A stretch of 64,000 bases of DNA. Origin: Tubiluchus corallicola. Lineage: Eukaryota; Animalia; Priapulida. A program made the translations under genes and the position numbers. The notes beneath the pieces were generated by a model that did not search any database, was not told the origin of the DNA, and saw nothing but the letters and a program-made list of their open reading frames with translations. Where the stretch lies: positions 1,550,180 to 1,614,179 of the forward strand of contig JAQGDQ010000005.1 of the NCBI GenBank assembly GCA_030141605.1. The letters run 5' to 3'. Position 1 is the first letter of the stretch. Each line of letters starts with the position of its first letter. Below are positions 1-14,127 of this stretch, one piece after another.

Positions 1-195
1 TTAAGAAAATTATGGCACACAACTTAATAAAAATAGCCTTGCTACACTGGCAAATTGCAAACAGGTGTTTTTTGTGCAAATTACAACAAACTTTCAGTGC
101 TCTGTGTAACACTGCGCAATGCTGTTTAACCTGCAGAGGGAAAACTTTGTATGTTAATTCCTTGAATTTGGTATCATGTTTAATTCTAATTCTAG

Positions 196-3100
196 GTTGA
201 GCTGGAACTTGCAGTCAACACGTCTAGTTCAAACTACTCATATAGCAAAGGTCAGCAGATTGCTTTGAATGTTGATGGCTCAGCACATGGAAGCGATTCT
301 GCATTCTTTGATAGCGATGTTATGAATAAACAAGTACTAACGTCTTCCCCCTTTGAGTCTAAGACCATTCAGTATGCTGCCGGTGTGCTTTATAATGGTA
401 TGCATCTGTAACGATTATTTAACTATGACATATTTTTTTTTAATTATTGGAATGCTAGCCAACAATAGAAAAATTATTGTTCTTTTTATTTGTTGCTAAA
501 TCCACTTCTGAACTTGTTTGAATCGGCAACATTCGTTCAGTAAAAGACACAGTCAAATGATCTATTTTCCAAAAACAAATTCTATGTGAAACAAGGGTAT
601 TTAAGATAACTGTGTGGTTTTGCGGTTTTAGCCTAATAACTATTGGTTTTATAGGAGAGCTACACATTACACCTTTAAATGGAGTTCTGCAGCTGAAACC
701 CAGTTTTTCATATCTAGATCGAGCAGATACCAAAGTTAAACAGGAGTTGGGAGCTACCAAAGATGAAGGTAATGACTATGTGATGTCAAACAAGAGCTCT
801 TGTATGAGAAAATAAAATGTGGCGATGAACTACTGACAGTTTTCTGCTCTGAAATTTCTGCCATATCCAATTTATTTGTTTTTAGAACTTTACTAAGCAT
901 AGCTTTTACAATATCCTATGTATCATATTTGTAATCATAGATCAGACATATTTTTGCCTTTACCTGCTTCTGGAGTTTTTGTGTTAGAAACATATTTAAG
1001 ATAATCTATATGTTACGAATAGATTATGGTAGGAGTAGAGGTGGTAATTATACTAAATTTGTAACAGATATCCAGCCTTTTTACTGGTTCCAACTTTCGT
1101 TTGTAAACTGCTTATAAAATTTTACAAGAGAGCCTAAAGTTTTTCTGACTATAGGTGAAACTGTAATGAAAACACAAAAATGTATATTTACTATTTTTAT
1201 CTGTAGAAATGAATTTTTTCTGTATTTCGAGGTGACTTATCACAAGAAGAAGAAGAAGCTAAACCAGTTACAGTTAAATACGCTAGACATGAGTCAGATC
1301 AAGCAAAAGCACGAAGAATGCAATCCTATGAATACATAACACAGCAAAAAGCTACAGAACCCTGGATTGACCTACAGTATCATTCCTATTTTGTAAGTAG
1401 TTTTTCGTCTAATAATGTTGTTAGTGCTACTAAAATGTATTACATTAATAGTATGTTTCATGTGTGTTTTTTCCAATTTTTCATTTACTCTGGCCTGATT
1501 AAGTTTTGGGCATGGGTAAGAGTTTTGCTGTATTTACCAGGTGTGCATGTGACTAAAGATTTTTATGCACTTGATGACATACACGTGTCACTTCAAATTT
1601 GGCCAAAATCATGTTTATATTTAGCTATGCAAGAGTTGTTAAAAAGTATGGAAATATTTGCGAGGCGTATCGGTACAGATAACTCTTTGTGTAAAGGTAT
1701 CACATGTATACTGAATACATGAATTTTATACTATATGTTGTTAAAATGATTGTATTATTTTTCAGAGTTCAAAAAGTAAGAGACAGCGAGAGCAGTTGTA
1801 TTGTGCTAAAACTGAGGTAGATATGAGTGAATTCAATGCAGAACCAAGAGATTATTTAAACATACTCGCTCCAGAACAGTCAAGTGACACTAGGTATAAT
1901 GCAAACAATCCAACAGTTGTCATTTTAACGACAGTATTAAATGAAAGTACAAACATTTGTGGTAATATGAATTTGACAGTTCACACAGTTTAGTACACTA
2001 AATTTGTATGTTTAAGTATGGTCAGTGAATACCAGGAAAATTATTTTACCGTAATATTAATTCAAAGAGAAAATTTATCATATTTTAAGTTCTTGTAGTA
2101 AAACTTTTGATTTTTTAACTGCTATGGCCGAGAACACATTTAGATAATTGATGTAGATAATCATACAGTATACAACCTGCCTGGTTATTGTTACATTGTA
2201 TGCAAGATTACTTGATTTGTCGCTGTTTTCATAGGTAAACTTTTAAGAGCCTGAGATTGCGTGACTCGTAAATAAATATTACAGTCAGACCTCGTTATAA
2301 CGTCCCTTCATAATACCAGACTTGCTTAATGCCCAGATTTTTAGCAAAACAAAATATCTGTATTTGTGTAGACCGATGCATGTATTAATGCACCTCTTTA
2401 TAATATCAAACTCGCTATAACGTCAACTTTTTTGCCGTCCCAAAGTAGGCGGTATAATGAGATTTGATTGTATATATAAAACGTTTGAATAATCTATTAC
2501 TCGGTTGGAATAAAATCAGCTGTACATATAAGCTTGCAAATGCAGTTAATCAATTTTGATTAAATAAATCCGCAGCTCAGATTGCTTGTAACAAAACTTG
2601 CAACTAATTTTCAGTGAGAAGCCAGACTTACCCAGCAATGTTCTATCCATGACACAACTGAGGACTATGCCAGTCAGTGAACAGATAAAAACTCTGTTGC
2701 TTAATGGTATAAATGATTTATTTGTCTTCTGCTTTATATAAAAGTGTCCAAGAATTTGTGGGAAATTAGATTTTGACATTATTATTATTGTGATACATAT
2801 ATATAATTTATAAATACATTATATAAATATATAATAATACAGAGAAAAGAGATTATAAAGTAAAACATTAATATAAAGAAAAATGATTGTATTATATATT
2901 CATATCATATACTAGGATTATATATATTAATGTATAATGGTATTATATAGTATATAATAATCGAGTCTGTAATCATCAAGATTTCATCAAGTATATGGAT
3001 TCTGGTCTTACGTCATATATGCATTATTGCAGCAAAAGTGATCAAGTTCGTACAGTTGATGCAATTGTTGCCAAGAGATACAGATGAAACTGTTGCTCTT

Positions 3101-6100
3101 CGCTCGCTTCAGCAAGTAGCTATACTTGTCCAAGGATGCTGGGTTGTGAAAAGGTAATATTTCTTCCTGTAAGCTAATAATAAAATTTTATTAGTCTGTA
3201 ACTTATCTCATAATGCTGATATTATTCTTAATACAGTAGGCACCACTTAATAGACTCTCTTTGCGATGGAAGTATTTTGACCCAGTTAATTGATTGACTC
3301 AATTAGCCAACGGGTGTAGCACATTATCACTGTAAAAGTATGAGTCAACACTCATCACCTTAGTATGCATTGCAAAAGCTTTGAATGAATTTTAGAAAAC
3401 GAATTAATGTCAAAATTCCTATATGCAATTATTATTTAAGAATACTAATTTATATAAGTGAATAGTAAAAAAAGAAAATAAAAAAATCGCTCAAATCTGA
3501 TTATTACCATTAGAAATTACAAAAATTCTTTGCTTCTTCATGAAGAAGTTGGTTTACGAAATTCTCATACTGATATAAATGTTGGAAATCTGTGGATGTA
3601 TGCTTTACATGTTCATGCAAGACACCTAGTCACCTAGTGCTTGATATGGGTCAGTTATGCTGTGTTATTTGAGTCAATTACCGTCAGTTTTCATATACTT
3701 TTGAATAGGATTTTTGAGACAATTAAGCGACTGATTCTATTAACCGTGAGGCTAATAAATGGTGCCTACTGTAATATTAATATGACTTGGGGTCGGCAAT
3801 TTGCTTTGGAGGATGACAGTTGGTGATCTAGGTTATGGTTCGGAGTTTATTTTTCTCCAAATTGTTAACTTAAAATACTACTAGCCTCATAGTTATACAG
3901 CTCTGTTATAGTGAATTAGATTGGTTTGGGTGGATTGCATTTAACTTTAAGTTTTTCTCCCTAATTTTTTAACTTCATTCAGCCAAAATTCTGCTGACTC
4001 ATTTGCAAACAATACTAGATTGTGCATTTATGCTTTTTTTATTTTTGTGACCAAAACTTGGAGCAATCATGTGAAAAACACTACATTTAGTAGAGCAGTA
4101 TGTGAAACGTTGTGTGATTTTATTATGTTTTCATTATCATCAGACTATCATGTTTTCTAATTCGATTGTTAAATGAATTTAGCAGTCTTGCAAAATAATG
4201 ATTACTTTTGAGAAAAAAAATTTCAAGATCATTATTTATTTAATAGTAATCCATTTTTCTTTAGTGAAATTTTGTACCCAAAGGAGACTTGTAGTTCACA
4301 CAGTGGAGTATCTGCTGAAATCTTGTGCCGGGCTCGTAATTACTTGGTGAGCGAAACTGTGCTATTGTAAAATCATTAACTTGCAATAATATTTATAGTA
4401 TTGTACAGTAAGTCTTGGTCTGATGACTTTCCACTTAGCAATGTTTTGTTTAGCTACTACATGTCATAAATACTAAACAAACTGCCAGACGGCAAGAACA
4501 TCTGCGGTTTTGCTGAATCGTGACTGTGAAAAGTAACTGCTGTGTAGAAAGATAAGATCGTTTAAACAGCAGTAAGTGAATTATAATGGTACATTGCAGA
4601 TTGTAGGACTAGCTAAGGTTTTTGAGTACCCAAACCATGTGAGCTTATCACTTTATTCATGGTGATCTGAAATTTTATGTAAACTCTTTAGCTGCTGCAC
4701 TAATTTTTCAATTTATAGTTAGTTTTTACCTTGTAGTAAACAAATAATGCATGTGATGAACAATAGAATTCACAAAATGTTTGCTTTCTATAAGCTATAC
4801 ATTAGAGGTTTTTTAACCCTTTTACATCATTTCCTGTGGAAGGTAATAATTCCGATGTTTGTTTAATGATGTGACAACATTATTAAGCGAGGTCTTATTG
4901 GAGCCTTTTCCATGATAGAAATTTCTCTTAAATGTTATCCACTACAATGTTATCCCCTTGTAAACAAGGCATGGTTGATAGGAAGAAATTAGGACATTGG
5001 AAGTGATTTGTAATGTGGGAATTTAGTGCGAATATTGATTTGAATACTGAGTGATTAGAATTAATATATCAGTATTATCGTACTTCTAGGCATGGAAATT
5101 TACACAGAGTAGATTTGTGACTAGGAAGGAAATAACATCTGTTATTAAGGTTAGTAAAATGTTTTTCTGATAAGTTCGGGAATTTGTTTTTTATATAAGC
5201 CAGTTGCACACTCATCTAACATGATGCTGTTGTAAAAAATGTTTTGCTTTACCTAGAAGATGTATTGTAATTTGTGATTACACATTGTATTTTACATCCG
5301 GCAACCATAAAGCTTCTATTATTTGCCTGCTTTGTTCATTTGAAAGTCAGTTGTGTGTTTGTTGCAAAATTATATGCACAAAAGGTTCTTTCTTTTTCAC
5401 AATATAAAAACAGCTTATCAAATATAAATTTTATTATTAGATTTGCAATGTTTCTTGATTGCTGTGTGTCTTGGATAAGTACAAGAATTTATGAAGTTTT
5501 TCTGTTTTTGTAGCTTCCCCAAGATGATTTGAAAGAAATGTTGGAACAGATGGCTAAAATAAGAGTCCATCATGGCTGGGAATTTTTACAAACTTACGAT
5601 AACGATTTCATTTATAGGTATATATTGTTGGTATAAATAACATGCATTTTACATTATTTTTGCCATTTATGTATTTCTTCTTTTACCTCTTCTTCTACTA
5701 ATTATGTCTTGATCTATCATTAATATTGGAGTGAAGAACGTTTGTCTGTTTATTCAAAAATTTTGCGCCCATATATTTGAGACTGCATTAAGAACAGGGC
5801 AAATCACTTGTTTTAATTGATTAAATCAATTCAAATATGTATTTCTACTGAAGCCTATTAATTTGTTTTCCTTCCCATGAAACACATTTTAGGTATTTTA
5901 TTCAGGTATCCAGAAATTGTGCAGCGGCAGCAAATGCTTATGGATGGAAAATACCAACAACTTTGCAAGTTACTCAAGCTGTCAAAACACGAAGGCAAGT
6001 ATTATCATATGTTTGGTGTTTTGGTGATTTAATATCAGCGAATTAGTTCATTACATAATTTATATTTTTATCTCTTTTTATACAAAAATGTACTGTGGCA

Positions 6101-9100
6101 TCATTCTTCTTAAACCCCATGTTTGTCTATTTACCAAGATGTGAAATGTTAACATGCTGCATCCAAGGCTTGAGATTTAAAATGAATAATTGTATTTTTC
6201 ATTTATCTTTGTAGCAGTTATGTGTTTGGCCACAGGGCTGAGACCGGTTAAGGATTCACTTAACTGGTTAATTTTTTTCAGTTAACCATTAACCAATTAA
6301 TCAGACCTAGGCAATGTCGGACGCCTTCTGTAATTTTGCTGACTAGGTCATTTTTAGAACCAAATAAGTAAGAAATTTACAACTCGAACATATCAAGTGA
6401 AACTTTAGAGGAATATGTTCAAATGATAGTGAAACTTTTATACATAGAAAGTCTACACAGAAAGTGAAAAGTCTCTGTTTGTAAGGATGCCAAGTGTTGT
6501 TACACTAAGTGTAACACTTTCCTACATAGAAATTGAAAAGTCAGTGTTTGTAAGGATGCCAAGTGTTGTTGAACTAAGCATAGCACTTTCCTACATAGAA
6601 ATGAAAGGTTTCTATTGTAAAGATGCAGTGAATCTTCAAATTATATATCATTTATATATAAAAACCTTTTAACCAGCTAAAAAAATTAACCGGTCCCAAC
6701 ACTGTATTTGGGTAAATTAGAGTTGTGCTATTAATAATCAAATTAAGACAAAAATTGATAGGTGATGTTTCAGACTGATATCACAGTAGCAGTTTAAGTA
6801 GTGCCAACATCGTTTTACAAATAGCACTTAACTGTTGTTTGTGTAAATTATGTATTGGCAACAGTTGCACTTCTTACATGGTAGCAATTGCTTATTAAAA
6901 ACTGTCCAACAACTTTCTTGTCTTTATGAATTGCCGAATTGCCAAGATTTGACTTCCTGCAAGACATACAGGTGATGCATTGTAAGACTCTGCTAAATGT
7001 TGTAATGTATGCAAGTCATTGATGTCAATGTGAGTTGTATATATTGGTGATAGCCATTCCTGTGATGAGTTATTTTGACAAATCAGTTCAAGGTTTCGCT
7101 GCTTTTAGTTTTGTCAAAAGTATCGGTTCTCATCTTGCAGTGAGTTCTATTGCTTGGTTTTTGTACAAATTAGAAATATATTGCTGAAAATTAGAAATAG
7201 CTAGTATATATGTATGTATAAATAGGATGTATAAATAATTTATATGACAGCTAATTTACAATTAGATTACCATTGGTTAGTAAGTACCACCTTTTTTTAT
7301 TTTTACATATTTAGGTGCAGTCGATGACTCTGCACCAAAAGTTGCTCGTTCGCGACAGAGAAGGAAATCTCACTCTAGGTCACAAGGCACAGACAGTGAA
7401 TCAGACTCAGCAATGATGTCTGGTGGTGAGATAGATGATAGAAAATCGTCTTTATCTGCAAACATACAAAACAGTGTAAACTATAATGTGCCTAATGGTC
7501 CCGGTGGTGACATGACCAAGGATTTGAAAACCGAACTTACAAGCTTTGTGCAAGATAAACTGTACAGTAGATACGTTTTGACATTATCGGAACTGCGCCG
7601 TCAGTTAGCACTGAAATTAGGACAATGCCCACCAGGGCACGTATTAGGAAAGGGTGTTTCAGATACATTATTAGCACAAACTGCTCTTGATGTTGGAGCT
7701 AGGCAAGTAAAATATCAGGTTTGTTTACTTTTATATTGTTTCTTAACATTAGTCATCATATTTTAAATGATTTTTTGTAATCAATGTAAAAGAAGGCTAC
7801 TGACAAACAAAATTTAATGCTTCCTGGGTATAGGTGAAATACTCATTGTTTGTCTAAGCATTTGTTTTAAAGTGTTAGTATTTCTTACACATGAGTGCAC
7901 GAGTTCCTATTTATCTGCAATATAATGTCTGTATCTTCCTTTTTGACATTAAGCAAAAAGTGCTTTGTAGAAATTTCTTATATTTATTTTGACTGTAATT
8001 GCCTGTAATTGGCAGCATTGCAGTAACACTCATTATGAAACATGCTTAACACAGTAGTGCTACATACAAGGTGGTGGAGCTATTGTAGAATTACTGAACC
8101 CTTTCTGTGTTTGATATTCATGAGTGAAATGGCCTTGTTAGGTCAGCCAATTCTTTTAAAGAATTTTGCTCTTGTTTTGGCGATCACAAATAAGTTGTGA
8201 CTCTTTGAGCATAAATTGTTTCCATTACCTGGAGTGCCAGAGAATTAAAAAGGGACAAACAGTAGTTTCATCAGTCTTTTAATCAGTCAGTAAAAGCTTT
8301 TCTTTTAGAAAAGTCAAGATCAGTTGCATTTCATAAATTCAAAACAAAAAACCAGTTTAGTCAGAATGAAACAATGTTTAGTGCAGAAGTCTTTGATTTA
8401 ACTTTATAATTTGTTTTGCAGTGGTCTAATAATTCATTTGATGAGCCTCTGTATGTTGTTACAAAAACAGGTGACATGTATGACGAGGTAAGAGTTTTAC
8501 AATTTAGAGTACAGAAATAAACATTTGGTTTCATTGTAATGTGTTAATGTATCTACGTAATGATTGTGAGTTCATTCCATCATGTATTTGTGTGACTGCA
8601 ATTTTCTTATGCACCATGATTTTTAGTTAGATTTTTTTTCAAAGAAATTCTCTCATGCTAAATATTCTAACGTAATTTGCAGGTTATTATTGAGTGTATT
8701 CAGCTATAGTGAAACAGATTGCAGTAGAAGTAACAGTGACTTAGTCAAACAAGTTTTTTGCAGGGCATTGTACGCTAAATTTGCAGTGATATTCACTTTA
8801 CTTATAGTTAATAGCATAATAGCATAGTAACAACTGTATTTAGTGAAAAATGATAGATATGTTTGATAGTACTTTTAAATAACTTTTTGCAAGTGAGTTT
8901 TTAGGTCTAACGGGTTACATTATTGAGTGTGGTTTTAGCTTTTAAGAATACTTTTCAGCTTTCGTTAACTGCAACTGCAGAGTTCTTAGCAGTTACAATT
9001 TGACAACATTATCTGGTGCTGTTTAATATATTAGGGTAAAATTATTTGTTACTAGGTTCGAGAAAGCATATTGACCATGTTTCAGTCATCATCTAAGTTT

Positions 9101-9592
9101 AGAATTGGCCAACTTAAAAAAAAGTTGGTTGAAACTATTGGAGATACTCCACCAGAAAGTGATCTTAGGAAATTACTTCGGGTAAGTGACATAAAACGTC
9201 GAAAATGAATCTCAGTTTTTAATTTGCATTTAGATTGGGTGAACATTCATTACAAAATTAGGGTGGTGCTGGACAAAATTAAGAAAAGCTTAAATTTGAA
9301 TAAATAAAATTTTTCACTTTTTGAGTTCAAATCGAATATGTATTACTATTGTTGTGATTCTGTTTGTTTGATTGTTTTTTAGTTTTCATCTAAACTTTGT
9401 CCATATTCTGCAGTAATGCCAGTCTATAATATACTGTAGAACAAATTTGCTTGTTAAAAACTAAATCTGTTCCTGATAATTAAATTATTTGCTTGTCTCA
9501 TTGTTTTTTAAATTCACATTTTTTTGCAGGACTACTGTGTTTCTAAAGCAGGATATTACTACCTAAAAGGAACTATATCTGTGGACAGCTAG
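196..9592 (+). CDS. POLR3E: RNA polymerase III subunit RPC5 (Sin-like), 5'-partial, 14 coding exons in window
   Basis: Exons 196-397, 655-768, 1232-1392, 1766-1893, 2615-2706, 3033-3153, 4265-4346, 5090-5149, 5514-5617, 5906-5994, 7315-7718, 8422-8487, 9056-9181, 9530-9592 splice in frame. Motifs match RPC5: SKGQQIALNVDG, GELHITPLNGVLQLKPSFSYLD, PSNVLSMTQLRT, LVQGCWVVKSEILYPK, VLTLSELRR, YYLKGT near the TAG stop. Confidence 0.95.
2282..2470. mobile_element. Tc1/mariner-type MITE (~190 bp)
   Basis: Imperfect TIRs CAGTCAGACCTCGTTATAAC / GGTATAATGAGATTTGATTG, flanked by TA on both sides; internal CTCGYTATAACG sub-repeat. Confidence 0.7.
3234..3771. mobile_element. pogo/Tigger-like MITE
   Basis: TIRs CAGTAGGCACCACTTAATAGACTC / GAGGCTAATAAATGGTGCCTACTG with TA on both flanks; termini related to elements at 26032 and 34108. 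Confidence 0.75.
6233..6704. mobile_element. hAT-like MITE containing a 69-bp tandem repeat
   Basis: TIRs CAGGGCTGAGACCGGTTAA / TTAACCGGTCCCAACACTG; TAACC sub-terminal motifs; TSD not clean. Confidence 0.6.
6453..6626. repeat. 69-bp tandem repeat, ~2.5 copies
   Basis: Units start at 6453, 6522 and 6591 (CTACAYAGAAA.TGAAAAGTC..TGTTTGTAAGGATGCCAAGTGTTGTT). Confidence 0.9.
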
Positions 9593-10890
9593 CATCTAGC
9601 AAGAATTTAGATGGTTTTACTCACTACGTGAACTTTCTGTCTGAATCTTGAGTTGAAAATGCATCCTTTTTATTATGTAACCTGTTTCATGTGGTTGTAC
9701 GTAGTGCTTAAACAATATCAAAAAAGTCACATTATCAATGTTACTTTGGGTGTAAATTCATTTTCTGGCGTGTTAGTTACTGCAAAGTTAAAACATAACA
9801 TTTAACTGGAAAAAAATGTTATGTAAATTGTGTTTATCATACACATTAATTATGTAGTCTGCTGCTTCAAAATTATTTCAAGTGTCGAATTTTACATATG
9901 AATTTTATAACATTTTGTCTATTGAAAGGTTTGTCCAATACGTATGTATAGGAAAACGACAAAAGTAATCATTATTTTATTCCGTGAATATTCACTATAA
10001 ATTTTATTATGGTAGAGCAATGTTTCACCAGTAAAGCTGGATAAATCTAGGTCTTCAGACTGTTTGATTTACAAAAACTTAGAAAACAGGATACGCTTGA
10101 CATTCAGTCATGTTATTTATATTCAATACGACTTTGAAATAAAAACTGTTAATACAAGCGAGGTACTTTGGAAATCCATTTTCTTACAATATGTAGACTA
10201 TACAACTGTACATTTATACCTGAATACACCTATACAACTGTATATTCATACATTTTACAAAGGCACTGTAGAATATTATGTTCAGCATTAGCATGTAGAA
10301 TAACAAGAGGTATTTACACAACAAGTAAGCAGTTGTGTTATGCTATGTGAAGACAGCATAATCAATATTATATTGTGCTTCTGATTTCGCTTTGAGAAAC
10401 TTGCCGTCACATGAAAATTTAGTTTATATATTTTAATGTTACAACACCTTTTACTAATTAACAGCAATTTTTATTGATGGCATCACAATAGTTGTATACT
10501 AGTGATTGTGATTGCTTGTTATCTTGTGTTGGCATCTATTGTCAAAAAGGAAACGTAGATGCGGTAGTTCTCTTTTGATGCTTACATTGCCACATGATGA
10601 GTCTTGATTTGTGTGATACAAAGCTACACAAATATAATGGGTGGAATTTATTTTGATTTCAATTCTAAATATTACAAACCTTCGAGCTGTTTGCTAGCTC
10701 ATTTAAGGAATATCGTATATGTCTAAGTATTTTCATGTTAGTCAACAAACAGTCAATTAGCCTGCACTAGTACAATGTGTTTTCGTAACTTTCTGTTAGG
10801 GGTTACCAAAAGAGCAAGTAACAGCACAAAACAATTTATTGGAGGTAGCATACAAAACAAAGAATAGAACATATATCCAGCCCTCAAAAT

Positions 10891-13800
10891 TTAGTGTGAA
10901 GCCGCTTGCCTTTCGCACAGTTTGCAAGTCTTCAGAGGTATGATCGAAGCAGCAACTGAAGAACGTTCCAGCATATCTTGCAGATGTCTCATAAGCTTGT
11001 CTGTTGAATACCAATCGATGGCATGCTCTTGGATCATCTTAGCATCCACTCATTCTTTCAGGATAGTTCCAATTTGTTTGGCTGGTTGCGGTACAGTGAA
11101 TTTCCAAGTCATTGAATTCGATGGAAAAATTAATTCAAGCCTTTTCAGGTCACTGCTCCTATCATCGATACCCTACAGGCTGTAAGTCATACGAAGGCTT
11201 CATACTAAATGTTGACGGGGTGATAGACTCTTTATTCAGCAACGCTTTGAGTGGTCACATTGTGTGCTTGATTGCAAAGAAAAACAACACGGGACTTAAT
11301 TTATATTATTATTATCTTTATTCGCGCATGAATTCAGATTTACGTGACTCACATAAAAAAATTAATACAGACTGCAAAGGGTATTAAAATTTTTTCCATA
11401 AAAATAATTATGTGCAGATCATAGAAAAAATGAAAAACGTCTAGAGAATTAAGACGCGTATAAAATCGTACTCTATAATTATATTAACACGTATTTCATT
11501 AATAATGCAATCAATATCATGTGACTCGAACACAACGGTGTAGCTATTTTCACGCAAACCAACCAGTTCTCTTAAAACACTAACTTTTCTTTTAACATCT
11601 ACAGGAATGTTTTTATAGTACAATATCAGCAACTGAGTCACAAGTCTTATTTCTGAGCAGAATGTTTCATGCAGTAACATTGTTACAAAAGGACGAGAAC
11701 GGTTTACAAATAGCAGTGTGACCCACGTGACTAACTATTGGCCACACAATGATTTAAAACACTGTTTGCAAAGTTGCCGAATCTTAATTGAAAGCTTATT
11801 TCTGAAGGTAAGCAATCAGAAACAAGACAGTGATATTACAAGGTGTTCTAGGAGATAAGCGCCACGCCATTCAAAGAGCATCTCTCCAAGCAGCACCTAA
11901 TTTGGCAACATAGTAACTAGACAGGTTCTATAAGGGTTCGGTAAAAATTGCAACAGTACTGTACAACACCGTTAAAATTAATATGATGCACTGGTGACTG
12001 GTCACCTGTCAAATTATTATAGGCTGGATTTTAGGAAAACAAAATACTATTTCTAAATAATGAAACATGGTGAATTCAACAGTGGTAGTATTCTGCCCTT
12101 CAGACTTCAGAGCCTTGAATTACGGACCACTGGTGACAGGGTGTCAGGTTCCCTTTACACTGAAGCTTAAAATGTCAAGGACAATAGTATTACATGATGT
12201 TAACTATTATGGAAAATAGTTTTTATTTGAAAAATAAAAAAGTTGTCACATAAAACATCTCCTGTCACAGAAGCAGAATCTTACTACAGTTTTTGACACA
12301 GGCAAGTCGTTCACTAGTAATTAAGCCTTTTCCCTACAATTAATTAAGATTGAAAAGGCACGACAAATGAAATTATCGTGTGAAAGCATCCTGGCACAAA
12401 GTGCACTAGGACTTTTCCTATGATGGGTCAAACCTTAATTAATGTTCTTTCAAAAGCGATGGACATTGGAAGACAATTCTTCAAACACATTTCTGTTAAG
12501 ATCTTCTGAAATGCTTCAACGAGATTTTGCATGTATGTACTACACACATCTACAGCATTACATTTATCATAACAGTCATAATTATTATGTAGTTCTTGCA
12601 TCTCCTCTGTCACTGGCAACTTTAACTGGGAAAATACCTCTTTTTGCTCGTAAATGCAATGAGTGCACAAGTCTTTGTCTGTGACAATGAAATGTACGGT
12701 ACTAAAACATGTTCCTAAAGTGCATAATTATGATATGTTAATAGTATGTCAAAGTCATTAGTCATTATGTATAGTGCTTGATGTTAAGTTCTAAAGAACA
12801 CTGTATATACTCAACGCATTCTTGTTACTCAGTTCTTTGTAAGCCATGTAAAAACTCCAAGTTCTTGGTATAAGATCTTGAAAGCACTGCTCTTCCTTTT
12901 CAGCTTGTAAGGTTTTCAGAAGGTAAAAACTGTTTTAAGGATTAAGAACACCAGGTTTTATAAAAAAATAAATTTGTAAAGAAACAGATGCAGGTTAATA
13001 TGTAATAAAACGGCATTTTTATTTAACACAAGGAAAACGAAAATAGTTATAGATTCTTTCATGATTTATCATAACGTTGATAATAAAAATGAAATGTATT
13101 TTAATATACATAATGATTGTCATTAAATTCTAGCTGATTTAGGATATTGTTTATGTTTCTATACTTCAACAGTAACTGTTATGTTACCATGTTGCCGATT
13201 AGCAGCTAAAGTGATTTCCGCTCAGACCATAGTTTCAAAAATCGGCTTGACGAGCGCTTTTATTCTATGGAGCCGTAGCATACTATAATATTGATACCTA
13301 TGCTTGCTGTCGTTGTTCTTGCCAACATGGTAGTTTCTTTATAATGTGCTTTGTTAGTTGCTGATACTAATGTTTTTTTGGTGTAATAAAACAATTAACC
13401 TGAAGTCCCAAGGACTGTCATCCCAAGGCTGCAGAGCTTGTAAATGGTCAGTAAATTGTAAAATTTTTATAAAGAAACATTTTTGCCCCTTTCTAAGGAC
13501 GACTGGAGAGGTGACTTCCCCTGCCTTGCTTTTGGACAAAATTAAGTCATTAAACATTGACTAGAAGTAGCATAAAATTATCTTTTGTAGGTGTCACAAT
13601 TAAAAATTAAAGTCAATCCTCCAGCTCGAAGCAGGACGCGTGGTCTTATCTCTATGTGTTTAAAAAATTGACCGCTAGATACCACCACAATTGCTTAATG
13701 TTAGGGCGGTAAACTCCAGTCCAGTCCAGGTTCTAGAAAGCTAGCAAGTGAAAAGTATATAAAGTTTTGGAGGCAGTGTCATCAGTGTTTTAAAAATATA

Positions 13801-14080
13801 GTAGACTTTATATAAATATTATTTTATCACACAAGCTCACTTTCTCTATTACTGACTGGGTAAACTGAAGTGAAATGTCTCTGCCGGACGTTATTCTTTC
13901 TGATGATTTGCCTCCCGAATTAAGGTAAACTTCTACTGGTATATCTAGGTAAGGCGTTGATTTGAGAACACGAAGTAGTGCTTTTATATGCTCGACATTT
14001 ATGTTCATTTAAAAATAGGTGTACTTGTCAATACTCGCACGGCGGATGAAATTCCTGATTCGAAGAATACCCCATATACC
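10891..14080 (-). pseudogene. Unidentified multi-exon gene with in-frame stops (probable unprocessed pseudogene)
   Basis: AG/GT-bounded exons 14080-13841 and 13560-13400 join in phase; 12903-12829, 12678-12434 and 12333-12285 join in phase; further coding-like blocks at 11734-~11490 and 11172-10891. In-frame stops at 14011-14009 (TAA) and 11052-11050 (TGA); blocks near 13300 and 12200-11850 are disrupted. Confidence 0.55.
13600..13948 (+). promoter_or_regulatory. Putative RNF216 promoter / non-coding first exon
   Basis: Locally CpG-rich, GGGCGG near 13704, strong donor AG|GTAAGG at 13948/13949 that could pair with the acceptor TTTTGCAG ending 14118, 9 nt before the ATG. Confidence 0.35.
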
Positions 14081-14127
14081 CTAGCTGAATAATCAAATGG
14101 AAATTAAAATTTTGCAGTTTTCAAGAG

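Noticed and set aside
6453-6626. Regularly spaced repeats as a CRISPR array
   Set aside because: Eukaryotic intron; whole units repeat with no unique spacers and there are no cas genes.
11050-11052. In-frame TGA in the antisense gene read as selenocysteine
   Set aside because: The same gene also has TAA/TAG stops and apparent frameshifts; no SECIS recognised.
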